Source: Anthoceros angustus (lineage: Eukaryota; Plantae; Anthocerotophyta). From it: DNA of 64,000 nt. The translations under genes and the position numbers were made by a program. This document shows positions 1 through 13,258 of the stretch, in pieces. The stretch is from assembly GCA_010909165.1 (NCBI GenBank), contig VJWM01000118.1:744001-808000 (forward strand), in the 5' to 3' direction. Each line of letters starts with the position of its first letter. The stretch's first letter is position 1. The notes under the pieces were generated by a model that did no database searches, was not told where the DNA came from, and was given only the letters and a program-made list of their open reading frames with translations.

Positions 1-1
1 G

Positions 2-3000
2 GTGGACTCCAAAGAGCTATGTGACAGCAAGAGAATGGAGTCCAGCATTGTGAGCTTCGAGTCACAAATGCACCTCCTGGCTCTCAATGCTGGCAATGCT
101 GAGGAGGGAATCCGGTCCAAAAGATTGGACATCACCACCAGTTCCGGGGGTTGCCAACTGAGGGAGGTAAGGAAGGCGAAAACGGAGCCAGGGGATGGAT
201 CACAGAAAGCTACGACTTGTCCTGCCTTGGACTACATAGGTCAGGTCTTCGAGAAGTACGCAACCAGCCCACCTCTTCAGGAAACCAAGAAGGATCTTTC
301 CATTCAGCTGGTTCTGGGAGCAGGAATCCAAGAGCAAGCCAAGCAGCCGTGCATAAACTACGTTGACAGTTCGCTGACAACCATCGAACGACACCGAGGC
401 AAGGATTTCTCAGACCTTGACATCGACATCCGCGCCGACGCGTTTAATGACTGCTTTGATGACGAAGGCCAGCTTGAAGGAAGCAGAGACGATAGAAACC
501 TCAGAGCCGTGGGAGATTTCACTCAGACCCTTGTATGCTTGATCCCGATACAGATAGCTCGTGCCGAGAAGAACACCTTGCGACCCTTGAGTGATGGCCT
601 GCAGCTCCCGCCTAACATCGACTACACCGACGCTGTGTCTCTGGCCACTGTCATCCGGTTCGGGTTCTATGACGCAGTGCTAGCGCAGTGGCAGGGACCC
701 ATCAAAGTCATCTCATCCATGGGAAAACAGAGCAGTGGAAAATCTTACCTTCTCAACCATCTGAGCGGGTCCTTGCTTGATGTGGCTGGAGGACGTTGCA
801 CCGATGGTGTGTGGATGACCCTGAGGCCAACCCAGAATTGTATGTATGTGCTGCTAGACTTCGAGGGCCTAGGAAGCTTCGAAAGGAGTGAACAAGAAGA
901 CATGCTGCTTTCCATCCTGAATGCTGCTGTGAGCAACATCACCATCTTCAACAAGAAGGTAACTAGGCCGCTGCATTTGGACAAATTACTGGAATCTCTG
1001 CTTGCATCTTGCTTGAATGGATCCCTGCAAAGGACGAAGGGGCTCCTGTGACAATCTGAAACTTTCTCATCTGCCTTGACGTTGTTCTTGAACCAGGACT
1101 TCCACCTTGATAAGGAGACAGAGGCCGTGTTTCAAAGATTTCAGAGTGGAGTACGCTTGGTGAAGCAGGACACTAAGCTCTTCAAAGGCATGTTCTACAT
1201 GGCTATCAAGGATGTGGACACGGATGATGTGGAAGATCTCAAGGTCGAGTTTGTTAAGAAAATCCGGCACATGTGCAGCAAGTCGGAGGAGAACTTCCTG
1301 GCCAAAATGTATGGAGGCCACGTCGAGATTGCTGCCATGCCTCCTTCCAGAAACAAGAGTTTCATGACAGCATCTGTGCAATCCAAGCAACTGTGGAGGA
1401 CTTGGTAGCAGTTCAGCACAACGGGGGAAATCTAGCAACCGACCTGAAGCTGGTGATGGCTCAGATCTGTGCCAAAGACTGGTCCCCTATTGACACAAAG
1501 CGAGCGGCTCTGAAGGCTGATCTGCTCCGCAAGCACTTCCGCACAGCCATCGCTCTTGGAAGACTGCAGGGGAAGGACGGAGACCCCCTGGTAGACTTCG
1601 ACAGGCAGGAGGCCATACCCGAGCTCCCGGTCCAGCTCCATGGCCAGAGCTTCGAAGTACCAGACACGGACCTGGAGCTCTCTCCTTACCAGGACAGCCA
1701 GGTGGTTGGCAACATACTTGAGATGATGAGGCACAAGTTTGAGCTTGTTTTCCCCAGGTCAGGAACCGATGACGAGGTTTGGCATTCCAACTGAGAAATT
1801 CTTGCTTGCTCTGGCAGACAGACGCCGCATCAGAGTGCTGGACTGGCTGGATCGCAACACATCAGAGTTCCAAAAGAATGCAGACGTGCAAACCCTGCGC
1901 ATGAAGGCTGTTGCAATGCTTGCAGAGCTGAAGCAAACCCTGTCTCTTTGCAGCTGCAAATGCCAGATCTGCTTCCTTCGCTGTGTTCTTGAAAAGTCTC
2001 ATCCTCAGAACACACCTGCATGGGAGGCCATGTCTGCTCACAGGTCTGCACCTACTGCAGCCAAGAGAGCTCAGGGGAACACAACGACTGCACGGATGCC
2101 AGCGGCCACGAAGGCCCGCATGACTGCAAGACTCGAAGCCATACCTGCGGGAAGCAGTGCCATCTCTTCAACGTATCATCGCACTGCAATCAAGTCTGTG
2201 CTTTAAGGCCGAGCCATGCCGGAAACCATCTCTGTAACACCAGCCAACACATGTGCAACCAGACCTGCTCCTGCCTTGGACTACATAGGTCAGGTCTTCG
2301 AGAAGTACGCAACCAGCCCACCTCTTCAGGAAACCAAGAAGGATCTTTCCATTCAGCTGGTTCTGGGAGCAGGAATCCAAGAGCAAGCCAAGCAGCCGTG
2401 CATAAACTACGTTGACAGTTCGCTGACAACCATCGAACGACACCGAGGCAAGGATTTCTCAGACCTTGACATCGACATCCGCGCCGACGCGTTTAATGAC
2501 TGCTTTGATGACGAAGGCCAGCTTGAAGGAAGCAGAGACGATAGAAACCTCAGAGCCGTGGGAGATTTCACTCAGACCCTTGTATGCTTGATCCCGATAC
2601 AGATAGCTCGTGCCGAGAAGAACACCTTGCGACCCTTGAGTGATGGCCTGCAGCTCCCGCCTAACATCGACTACACCGACGCTGTGTCTCTGGCCACTGT
2701 CATCCGGTTCGGGTTCTATGACGCAGTGCTAGCGCAGTGGCAGGGACCCATCAAAGTCATCTCATCCATGGGAAAACAGAGCAGTGGAAAATCTTACCTT
2801 CTCAACCATCTGAGCGGGTCCTTGCTTGATGTGGCTGGAGGACGTTGCACCGATGGTGTGTGGATGGATGACCCTGAGGCCAACCCAGAATTGTATGTAT
2901 GTGCTGCTAGACTTCGAGGGCCTAGGAAGCTTCGAAAGGAGTGAACAAGAAGACATGCTGCTTTCCATCCTGAATGCTGCTGTGAGCAACATCACCATCT

Positions 3001-5943
3001 TCAACAAGAAGGTAACTAGGCCGCTGCATTTGGACAAATTACTGGAATCTCTGCTTGCATCTTGCTTGAATGGATCCTGCAAAGGACGAAGGGGCTCCTG
3101 TGACAATCTGAAACTTTCTCATCTGCCTTGACGTTGTTCTTGAACCAGGACTTCCACCTTGATAAGGAGACAGAGGCCGTGTTTCAAAGATTTCAGAGTG
3201 GAGTACGCTTGGTGAAGCAGGACACTAAGCTCTTCAAGGCATGTTCTACATGGCTATCAAGGATGTGGACACGGATGATGTGGAAGATCTCAAGGTCGAG
3301 TTTGTTAAGAAAATCCGGCACATGTGCAGCAAGTCGGAGGAGAACTTCCTGGCCAAAATGTATGGAGGCCACGTCGAGATTGCTGCCATGCCTCCCTTCC
3401 AGAAACAAGAGTTTCATGACAGCATCTGTGCAATCCAAGCAACTGTGGAGGACTTGGTAGCAGTTCAGCACAACGGGGGAAATCTAGCAACCGACCTGAA
3501 GCTGGTGATGGCTCAGATCTGTGCCAAAGACTGGTCCCCTATTGACACAAAGCGAGCGGCTCTGAAGGCTGATCTGCTCCGCAAGCACTTCCGCACAGCC
3601 ATCGCTCTTGGAAGACTGCAGGGGAAGGACAGACCCCTGGTAGACTTCGACAGGCAGGAGGCCATACCTGAGCTCCCGGTCCAGCTCCATGGCCAGAGCT
3701 TCGAAGTACCAGACACGGACCTGGAGCTCTCTCCTTACCAGGACAGCCAGGTGGTTGGCAACATACTTGAGATGATGAGGCACAAGTTTGAGCTTGTTTT
3801 CCCCAGGTCAGGAACCGATGACGAGGTTTGGCATTCCAACTTCGAGAAATTCTTGCTTGCTCTGGCAGACAGACGCCGCATCAGAGTGCTGGACTGGCTG
3901 GATCGCAACACATCAGAGTTCCAAAAGAATGCAGACGTGCAAACCCTGCGCATGAAGGCTGTTGCAATGCTTGCAGAGCTGAAGCAAACCCTGTCTCTTT
4001 GCAGCTGCAAATGCCAGATCTGCTTCCTTCGCTGTGTTCTTGAAAAGTCTCATCCCTCAGAACACACCTGCATGGGAGGCCATGTCTGCTCACAGGTCTG
4101 CACCTACTGCAGCCAAGAGAGCTCGGGGGAACACAACGACTGCACGGATGCCAGCGGCCACGAAGGCCCGCATGACTGCAAGACTCGAAGCCATACCTGC
4201 GGGAAGCAGTGCCATCTCTTCAACGTATCATCGCACTGCAATCAAGTCTGTGCTTTAAGGCCGAGCCATGCCGGAAACCATCTCTGTAACACCAGCCAAC
4301 ACATGTGCAACCAGACCTGCTCCCTGCCTTCCTGCAACAACTCCTGCGCCTACCCGTTCGATGCTCAGGGCCACAACAGGCATGCTTGCAAGGAGTACAG
4401 GTGCCTCAAGAACTGCTCAATGCAGGGCTGCAACAGGAAATGCGCATCCCCTGACCACTTCCACGCTCTGGGCAGCGACAAACATCTCTGCGGATACGAG
4501 CATGCCTGCAGAGGAGTGTGTGAGCAACCAGGGGCCTGCCAGATAGTCACCGAGCTCTCCAAGCTTGCCAGGAGGTTCTCAGGCAAGAGAAGCCTCTTCG
4601 AGTACGAGCATGCCTCGGAGAACAAGGGGATCAAGAAGAACTGCAGCATCCCCATCCCTATCGGCCAAGAACGGCATCAAGGCCCCCATGCTTGCCACAC
4701 TGAAGCCCTCCACTACTGCGAAGCTCGCTGCCAGGCTTGTGGGTACATCTGCAACCTTCAGTCCGGGCACGCAGGCCGGCACGACACCACCCACGGCCAC
4801 ATGAGGGATGTCAAGTTTGTGTCAGAGCAGGAAGAGATCGACATCGTGGACAGGAAGTATGTGTGGGGAGAGTCGGGGATGGCAGAGATGTGCATGATGC
4901 ATTGCAAGGCTCAGGGCAGAGGCCACATACATCTGATCAAGTGTGGAGCTTCCGAGCCTGGTGGAACCTGCGCCAAGGACTTGTACCCCGACGCCCGGCA
5001 TGCGACGAGGGAGTATGGCCCAGACTTCAAGGTCCCCAAAGACGAGCTCACACATGCAGCATACTGGCGGCACTTGGGATTCCGAGACCCATGCCAGGAG
5101 GAAGACAGAAAGGAGTTCGCCCTCTGCAACCACTACTGCACATCGGAGGACCATGAGCAGCCCAACTCCAAGAGATCCTTCTGCATGGAGAAACTCTGGC
5201 ATGACCCTGTGCCTCCTCCTGCTCCTGACAAGCTTGCCAAGCTCCATGGCTATGTCACCAGAGATGGGCACCGCTTCGGATGCAAGCATGTCACCGACAC
5301 GGCCAACCACATCATCTTCGTCATAGACAGGTCTGGCTCCATGTCCAAAGACGACATCAAGCCCTCCATGCGGGAGTTCCGAAACCGGCATGACAACAGG
5401 CTGGGATGCGTATACGAAGCCATCTACAGGTTCGTGCGGTCTCGGATCAAGGCCCAGAGTTTGTCTTCCATTGAGGAGGATAAGATTTCCATCATCCTGT
5501 TCTCGGAGCCGGGGACCGCCAAGATTGTGGTGAGGAGAAGGGAAATAGGCGACCTGCCGGTGTACGAACTTCTCAACCATTTCTGCACCTTCATTGGAAC
5601 TTTTTACTCCGACGGGCTCCAGTTGGCGGCCACCGTGATGAAGGAGGCTTTGGTATCCATTTCCGACCAGCACAGAGACCCTGTGGTGATCTTCCTCAGC
5701 GACGGCGTGAACGACGACGGCGCCAGCCCCCTCTTCGTCATCGAGGAAATGCGACAGATGGATCCCAGGCTTGTGCTGCATACCATCCTGTTTGGGAAGA
5801 AGCGAGTGAGCAGTGCCATGTTGCAAGCCATGGCTGACAGCGGGAAAGGCCAGTTCCAAGTGAGCATCGACGAGGTGCAGCTGGCCAAGAGCTTCGAGGG
5901 TTTTGCAAACAGTCTTCGAGCCCCTGTAACAGCCCTGATGTAG
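2..5943 (+). CDS. Large GBP/RHD3/VLIG-like P-loop GTPase with Cys/His-rich repeats and C-terminal vWA domain; N-terminus lies outside the window; internally duplicated and frameshifted as assembled
   Basis: G1 SSMGKQSSGKSYLLNHL, G2 RCTDGVW, G3 LLDFEGLGSFERSEQED. Intron 959-1096 (GT..AG) joins FNKK to DFHLDK. Many CxxC/CxxxC..H repeats at about 4000-5290. vWA MIDAS motif FVIDRSGSM ... FLSDG. Stop at 5941-5943. Confidence 0.8.
221..4330 (+). repeat. Tandem duplication of ~2049 bp (221-2269 and 2270-4322) inside the GTPase-vWA gene
   Basis: Near-identical copies. CCTGCCTT occurs at 221, 2270 and 4323 (junction microhomology). Copies differ mostly by 1-4 bp indels plus a few substitutions. Confidence 0.92.
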
Positions 5944-8206
5944 AATTCTGTTCTCAGTTCACACCTCCTTCATTCTCACATGGGCAGCTTTCCGTGCCCT
6001 CTTCCACTTTGTTCTTCTCCCATATGTTCTCTATCCTTTCAAGGAAGCAGCGAGAGGAAACCCCGGGCTTACAGAATGATGATAAATATCAGACTCCACT
6101 GCTTCCGCTTCTGTACTTAATTTTCTTCGATTTTGTACTTACTTTACAGCAATTAAGATTCTATTATGCAACTTCCCTAAGAAACTAAATGCTTCTTGAA
6201 CATTGAAGCACTTCGATCTCCGTCCTGGCTTCGGAAGGAACATTGGCGAGCATTCCAGAAGATTTCCCTAGACTACGTGCAACCAAGAAGCCGAAGCCCC
6301 GAGTTAAATTGGAATCCCTAACATTTGTATCAAGAAGTTCCCGCTTGCTTACTTAAGGATCCAAGGAGAAGGTGAGGTATCTTACCATCCATTCCCCCGA
6401 CCTGCTTTACGTGCGCTGGGATGCATCTGAGCTAGGCGAATGTGATATCATCGATTCCACAGATCTACTTTGTCTTTCCTGTGCAGGAATTTTTCGAGCA
6501 ATACGAGACGGATAACATTATGGTGCAAACTTCGTACGATCGAGCACACTCGAGATCATAGGGCCTCCATGCAGCGAGTGATGAATCGAAGGAATGAGGG
6601 ATAAATCAAGTCGTCGTCCTCCTACTAGCCATCTTATTGCTACCAGGCATCGAGTTCTATTCCTTAAATCTATTCGTCCTCTTCTTGGATCTATTATTTA
6701 TTGCCTGCAGTTGGCTCAGCCTGATATGCGAGCGTTCATATGCAGTGCGAGAGGGAGCTGAATAGAATGAGAACAACAAGGTTCTCAATCTGCGATGGTG
6801 GACGACCATAGAAAAGGTCTTGGAAACTCACCTTCAAAGAGGAAGAGAAAGAGAGATGAATCTAATCATATGCATGACTCTGATAATGAGGAAGAGGCAA
6901 GCAGAAATAGAGGATGCTATGACCATGAAAGAAACAGAATTGAAGAACTCAGTTCATCGTCAGACTCTGACTTCGGTTATAGTTTCTCCACGGACAGTTC
7001 CTCTTCAGACAGGTCGGCTAAAAGCTCATCCAGTTCTATGGCCAGTTTGACTGAAAGTTCAAGCGAAGGTTTCATTAAAATTTTAACTAAAATGTTTCCA
7101 GACTCTACAATTAGAGCTGGGAGTATACCACATAGTTATGTTATCATTGAAAATAGTGGAGAATTTTGTGTCATTGAAAATAGTGGAGAATTTCATCTTG
7201 CGTACTTTAAACCCACGAAGTGATCCAAAGAAGTCTATAATATAGTGATTAATATTAGTCAAGAGGTATTTATGATATATATTTGGACGTTGAGTTGAAG
7301 ATAGAATCTTTTATAAACTTGAGTTAAACTATATTATTATTTTATTAGTTCAATATTAATATATATTACGTAAATAGTTTAGCATCATAATACATAATTT
7401 GTCTCTAACCTTTTATTAATCTTTTTAGCTTCAATGTATATATTGAATGGTTTTAAGATCTTTTTATTGCTTCCAATTCATTGTCGGGACTACGTCTATA
7501 TGGTTTATACATATGAAGAATATTTTAATAATTAATAAATTACTTTGCCAATAAAATTGACTAAAAAGAGATGGTTGTCCTAGGAAGTAAGATAGACAAA
7601 ATGAGAAACAACTACATAATGATCACTCAATGCAAACTAGTTACTTCTTGGCTAAAAAACGTAGGCTGCATAATCCTTGAGCTATGTGGGCATTCTCCAA
7701 AACACATCATTGTTGTTGGTTTGAGATTCGTTCTTATGGTATTTGTACATAGTATGATTTCCATTGCCTAAGTCATATTGGCTGCAAGGGTTTTCAAAAT
7801 GTAGGTATACAATGATAGCAATTTTTATAGCTTCATGATATTTCAGATACATGTTTCTGCATGTCAATCGCCATGCCCTTATCACATCTGCAATATACCC
7901 TGCAAGGTCCCATGTGACTAGACAGATGAAAACTTCTTACTCATTGTATGAAAATTCCACACTATGAATAGATGAAAACTTCATTTGTGTGGCAATGCCT
8001 CATCGTACAAACTCTATACCGGTCTTCTCCAGGCAAACATAGATTAGATGGAAAACCCTTCAAGTAACATTTCTTAAATATAAATATAATTTTTTAAAAA
8101 AGAATAATTATATTTATACTTTTAAAAGATATATTATTCATACCTTACTTTATATAGGGAAGGTGTGATTTTGACTTTGATATCTCATCAAAAAAGCCTC
8201 TATATA

Positions 8207-8268
8207 CAGTCAGACCCCTCTAATTGGGAACAATTGGGAGTAGCAAATTTCGTCCCATTTAGAGGGGT
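8207..8268 (+). mobile_element. Solo terminal sequence of a pogo/Lemi1/Emigrant-like (Tc1/mariner) element
   Basis: TA|CAGTCAGACCCCTCTAATTGGGA start, followed about 23 nt later by an inverted copy (TCCCATTTAGAGGGGT, 15/16 match), like Emigrant-type ends. No partner end or transposase seen. Confidence 0.4.
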
Positions 8269-8308
8269 TTAGGGGTTTAGGGTTTAGGGTTTAGGGTTTA
8301 GGTTTGGG
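8268..8308 (+). repeat. Interstitial plant telomeric repeat (TTTAGGG)n
   Basis: Four TTTAGGG units (8268, 8276, 8283, 8290) plus degenerate units. Confidence 0.85.
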
Positions 8309-8334
8309 TGTAAATAAATAAGATAAATTTCTAA

Positions 8335-8612
8335 GGAAACTTGATGCCCTCTAACATCGAGCGCCTCTAGGTAGGGATGAAAGGTTTCTGCGGAAACTTT
8401 GATGCCATCTACCACTCTAACATCGAGCGCCTCTAGGTAGGGATGAAAGGTTTCCGCGGAAACTTTGATGCCATCTACCACTCTAACATCGAGCGCCTCT
8501 AGGTAGGGATGAAAGGTTTCCGCGGAAACTTTGATGCCATCTACCACTCTAACATCGAGCGCCTCTAGGTAGGGATGAAAGGTTTCCGCGGAAACTTTGA
8601 TGCCATCTACCA
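8335..8612. repeat. 66-bp minisatellite, about 4 units
   Basis: GATGCCATCTACC recurs at 8401, 8467, 8533 and 8599; the first unit is partly deleted. Confidence 0.95.
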
Positions 8613-10450
8613 ATCACAAGGTAGACTAATAGAGTATGAGGTGGAGAGTAGTGATGCGCATGACTACGAATTTAAACTGGGCAAAAGCTTTTTTCACCAA
8701 TGCCGCAAAGCTCAACAAGACCTCTTTCCACCTTTTGCAGCAAAGCTCAATAAAGAGCTTTTCCACCTTTACAGAAATGCTCGACAAGTGCTCCCTTTAA
8801 CCTTTGCAGCAAACTTGCGTGCTATAATGCTCGTCTTCACTTAACTTGTCCTTTACACTCAACAAGTCCCTCGTCTTCATTAGATCTCTCTCTCCCAAGT
8901 GAGAGGAGCTCGAGTTAGACATCTGTTGGTCCAATTTAGTTGTAGTTGAGCACATTTTGTGCACAGCAATATCAAAGCCAATAAGATAAAAATAACAAAG
9001 CCAATAAGATAATCCGCCCGACAAATCAACATGACCGCACCGGTTTGGCATGGTACCTTGCCCCTACGACTAGTCAAGGTGATATAAATATTGCTTAAAT
9101 ACTGCTCATTGTTTAGCTCATCTGCCCACAGAAGTTCCCATGCACTCTTCCCATAAGCCAACTTCCAGATCCCCAATCCAACACGAGTGCAGGTCTTCAA
9201 ATGAGATGTCCAGTCCACTTTCAGCACTACCAGGACAGCAAGTTCTGACCAGAACCACTCTGGAGAGAAGCATGGTTCTGCTTCTGCCCATCCGACTCCT
9301 GCTCCTAGTACGTCCAAGAGGAGCATCGAGCCATACAAAGCAACAAGATGTGTAGATACATATCCTGGTCACCTAGTATGCCTTGCTGCCTGCATCCACT
9401 TGTATGGCAACGAAGTGACAAAACTCAAAAGACCCTTAGCTATACGACCTAGTTAGGGGACTCTAACAAAGAACGCGCACAAATCGTCTTCCAGGTCCAG
9501 CTGCTACTCCCTGATTGCTCCTAACAGAATCAGGTCCTGATTTTCACTTCAGAGTAGATAATCTAGGTGCGGTATGAAAAACAAGCTGGGATTGACCACT
9601 TTCGTACGGAACCTTGGAATTCGACGCAGCATCATCTCAGCTCCAAATAGTTTTGAAACAGCAGGGCGCCAAGAACTGACAAAATCGTTCTCCACCACTT
9701 GCAGACACACCAAATCGCAGGCAGCTGGTGATAAGGGCTCTTCCGAATACGTGAGTGAGGACATCCTACAGCAGTCTGCTCCACACACGGCGTCGGTTTC
9801 ATCCCACCCTGCTCTCTCAGAGCACCAGTCACTACATTTCCACAAAAGCAAGAAGCACTTGTCTCCCACCTCCCACCCATGGTCCAGAGCATTCTTCACA
9901 ACACAGTCACGCCACAAAAACGCTGACGTGCAACGGACGAGCTAGAGATTAACAAGTGCAAAGAAGGTGTCTAGGACAAGGGCGGCCCAGTATAAGGCAA
10001 GGAACTCCCCAACCCTACATTTTGACATGCGAGAGTGATGTGATGGAACCAGGAAACCAAAGGATCACATGGCAAGGAGCATGGAGAAAATAAGGAACCT
10101 GGCTTTCATGAAGACAATGACGACAATAATGACAAACAATGCCAGGAAAGTCTACATTATCTCAGAGCATGGAAACATAATCGTCATCCAGCCATCCCAA
10201 CTCCCTTCCTCTCATCACTAGAGCACCTAACACAGTTCAGACAGAAATATGACATTTCCATACGCGCACCTCGCATCAGCTCCAAAATTTCTTGTCAAAA
10301 ATTCTCAGAGCAGGGACCCCAGACTGCCCTATCATTGATTGACCTACTTGCTCTAACTACTGCCGGTCATCCCTGGCTGAGAGTGCAGATACTTTGCAGC
10401 AGGAACATAAGATTTGCCGCTGGGATGGACAATGTTCGTTCTAGTGGAGC

Positions 10451-11408
10451 TCAAGGCAGTATAGCAACATCCAAAAAGTCTCCAGTCTGCATCAGGTAAC
10501 CAGAATCAGAGTATGAAGCAATGGAGCCTGTGAACAAAGCTGGATTACATACAAGCATGTCATCTCACAAACCTGGAAACTCAGGTCTGCTAGAGTTTTT
10601 AAATCATCCCCAGCCCGCCTTGAGCCATTTGCATAAGTCAGTCCAACCTGCTTGGACATCAAACTATGTGTCAGCAGGGACTAGGAGGAACAGCACTTCA
10701 ACTAAAGCGGAAGAACCTATCTCCAACAAAACATACATTTCTGATGACATTGCGACCCCGGCGATCTGGGTACACGAAAGCAAATGAGAGCTTGGCATCT
10801 CTCCTCCTGGCGGCGGGTGCAACCTCTTTCACCTAGTCTCATTTCAGTGCAGCGTTAAAGTTCACAGGCTTGAAACATCAGCTCTATGGACAGAGAAAGC
10901 TAGGACGACTATGCTTACCAAGTCAGTCAGTTCACGCAGGTTAGCATCCCTCCAGGTGTAGATTTGCACTTCTTCCTTCGGCTCCTTACCTCGGACTGCA
11001 AAGTCCTCTACAGTGTGATGGCCTCCAACCTGCCTCAGAAAAACAGCAGAATAAGACCAGGAGCTGCTAAACTGCAGACTTCCACCAAACATATCACGAA
11101 AGGCACTGACATGCTCACCTTTGTGAAAACACGAAGCAGCAGAGGGCAAGTCTGCAAAAACTCAAGAAACATGATGAATCAAGGTTCGCAATTTTGTTTC
11201 AAACCGCAGAAATCAATTCCATGATCTCTGAACAAACCATTGGAGGGTAACCGGCAGTAACGGGAGGTACAAACTCTACCTTCTCCCTGTCCACAACAAG
11301 CTGCGGGCGGGGAGGACCTCCAGGTCCCATCCCCATGTTACGCTGCATCGGCAGTCGTGGCGGCCTTGGTTGCACATCTGGGGCTGCTGCCATTTCGATG
11401 TTATCCAA
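10451..11408 (-). CDS. SAP18: Sin3-associated polypeptide 18 (ASAP/PSAP complex subunit), 6 exons
   Basis: Exons 11408-11280, 11151-11119, 11029-10919, 10832-10737, 10647-10573 and 10486-10451 splice in frame: VDREK-TCPLLLRVFTK-VGGHH..VQIYTWRDANLRELTDL-VKEVAPAARRRDAKLSFAFVYPD..-..FQ-TGDFLDVAILP*. Confidence 0.95.
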
Positions 11409-11618
11409 CGCTTCCGCTTACTGCGCCTCCTCCTGCGACAGTCGTCTACCTTCCACTTCCACCCGGAGAGCCAAATTCCTGGAGGTTTCAACGGTCGATC
11501 CTACTTCTTGTTCCACCTAGTTACTGCACAGCAGCTCGGTATTCAAGCGATCACGGGAGTATGATTATCTAGGGTTTCGAGTTTCTAAAGGCTCGGTTCA
11601 ACGATGTGAGTTCCTGCC
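11409..11618. promoter_or_regulatory. Putative bidirectional promoter between SAP18 and APC10, with a telo-box
   Basis: Only ~210 bp separate the divergent start codons. CTAGGGTTT (AAACCCTAG on the minus strand) at 11569-11577. Confidence 0.45.
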
Positions 11619-12695
11619 ATGGAGGAAGGTGACAAGGAGGAGGAGGAGAAGCGGGAAGTTGGAAAGCTGGCAGTGTGGAGCGTGAGCTCAGCGAAGCCGG
11701 GGAATGGTGTGGACAAGCTTCGCGACTCCAACCTCGATACATTCTGGCAGTATGCTCTCGAGCATTTGTTTCCATCGCTGTTTGTCTACCCTGTGAATGT
11801 GCCTGAGGACCCCAGAGTGTTGTCCGTTTTCATATGCCCCACACGATTAATTTTTTTTTCTCATGTGCAATGCTACTAGCAGATCAGATGGCGCCCAACC
11901 ACATTTGGTGAACATTCAGTTTCAGAAGAAGGTCCGCCTCCAGGTAATTGCTGGTTTAAACGTCAGATTGTTGCTCCCTAGCTGAAGATGATGTGCCACA
12001 TATGATCCTGAGATATCATTGCATTGCAGCAAGTAGCTATCTACGTCAACTTTTCTACTGATGAGAGCTACACCCCGAACAAGATCTCAGTTCGTGCGGG
12101 CAATTCCTTCCATGATTTACGGGTATGGCCGTAATCTGTTATCTTGTGCGAGCTGGTTGGATGCTGAACTTAAATCCATTTCTGCAACTTTCAGCAGTCT
12201 TGTGGTTGCAGGAAATAAAAGTTGTGGATTTGCAAGAACCTGTGGGCTGGGTTTATGTATCTCTATGTCCAAATGGCGGTGATGCGAAGTGCGTGTGGTG
12301 ACGAACTGCTTTTCCGTTAAACATGGAATTCCCCACAATGTCAGTGTGAATCTTACTTCCTTTTACTTTCAGAGGTGGTGAGTTTCTGCGTGCATTCCTC
12401 GTCCAGTTGGCTGTGCTTTCGAATCACCAGAATGGAAGAGATACACACATTCATCAGATCAAGATCTTCGGGCCCAGACAGTAAGTTGATGTCCTTGGAT
12501 CTCAGCAGGTCATGGATTAGTTCTTATGTTGAGATGTCCTAAAGCTCAATGCCGTGACGGTCAGTAAAGTTCTCCAGTCTTTCTGCAGATATGTTGTTCA
12601 GTCTTAATGTTGGTTATATGCACAGGAATGCAGTTATTGGCAACTCCTTCCAATTTACAACCGTGGATTTCAGCATGCGGTCTACTGTCCGTTAG
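11619..12695 (+). CDS. APC10: Anaphase-promoting complex subunit 10 (DOC1), 6 exons
   Basis: [81 protein letters not shown]. Canonical GT-AG introns, intact frame, TAG at 12693-12695. Confidence 0.95.
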
Positions 12696-13258
12696 GTCTT
12701 TGGGGCTGCCAACTGGATTGCTGCACACATACCTTGATCAGGAGTCTCGTCTAGTTTAGACTGGGTAAGGCGGTGTTTATTTGTTTAAACTGTAACCCTG
12801 AACTCAAGGTACCCCTAAGCAGCCAGCCAGGCTTGTTAAGCCCTTGCCGTGCTCTCATGGCTCATTCAGTACTTCATTGTGACAGTTTCAAAGATACCGA
12901 TCAACGGTGTATTTTGGGGGAGTGACTGATGCTGCTGTGGAGAAGAGTGGAAGCTTAGCTGACCAGCGAGAATCATACCAACCAGCAGCTGGCGTCTCTA
13001 GTTTTATGTCTGGAGCTTGCTACTTGGCTATCCACTCAAGAAGTGCGTGTGCCCTTTGATCATATTCGGGTGTGTCTCCACCACGGCGCTTGGTCTGTCA
13101 GATTTGCCCTGCCCTCCATAGGGTGCGAACTGTCTTTGCAGATGGAACTTGTCATGCACCCTGTTGTCATTTGTGGAACGAGGCAGGGATTACATATGGA
13201 AAACTATGAGTAAAGACCTCGACCCTGACTCCGAGTGTGTTAAACTCGTCGTCCGAAA

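Noticed and set aside
4822-5859. 345-aa minus-strand ORF
   Set aside because: Antisense shadow of the GC-rich GTPase-vWA coding region.
6795-7223. Ser-rich 142-aa ORF with KRKRKR and a short internal duplication
   Set aside because: Low complexity, no recognisable domain or splice support.
8335-8612. 66-bp array as a CRISPR array or as a repeat protein (ORF 8284-8613)
   Set aside because: Units are contiguous with no unique spacers and the context is eukaryotic; the ORF is a by-product of a period divisible by 3.
8268-9100. Telomere-associated Penelope/Athena-type retroelement or true chromosome end
   Set aside because: No reverse transcriptase motifs nearby; only ~40 bp of repeat, flanked by ordinary sequence.
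8880-10400. Possible spliced minus-strand gene
   Set aside because: Exon-like pieces exist, but I could not build a consistent frame or recognise a family.
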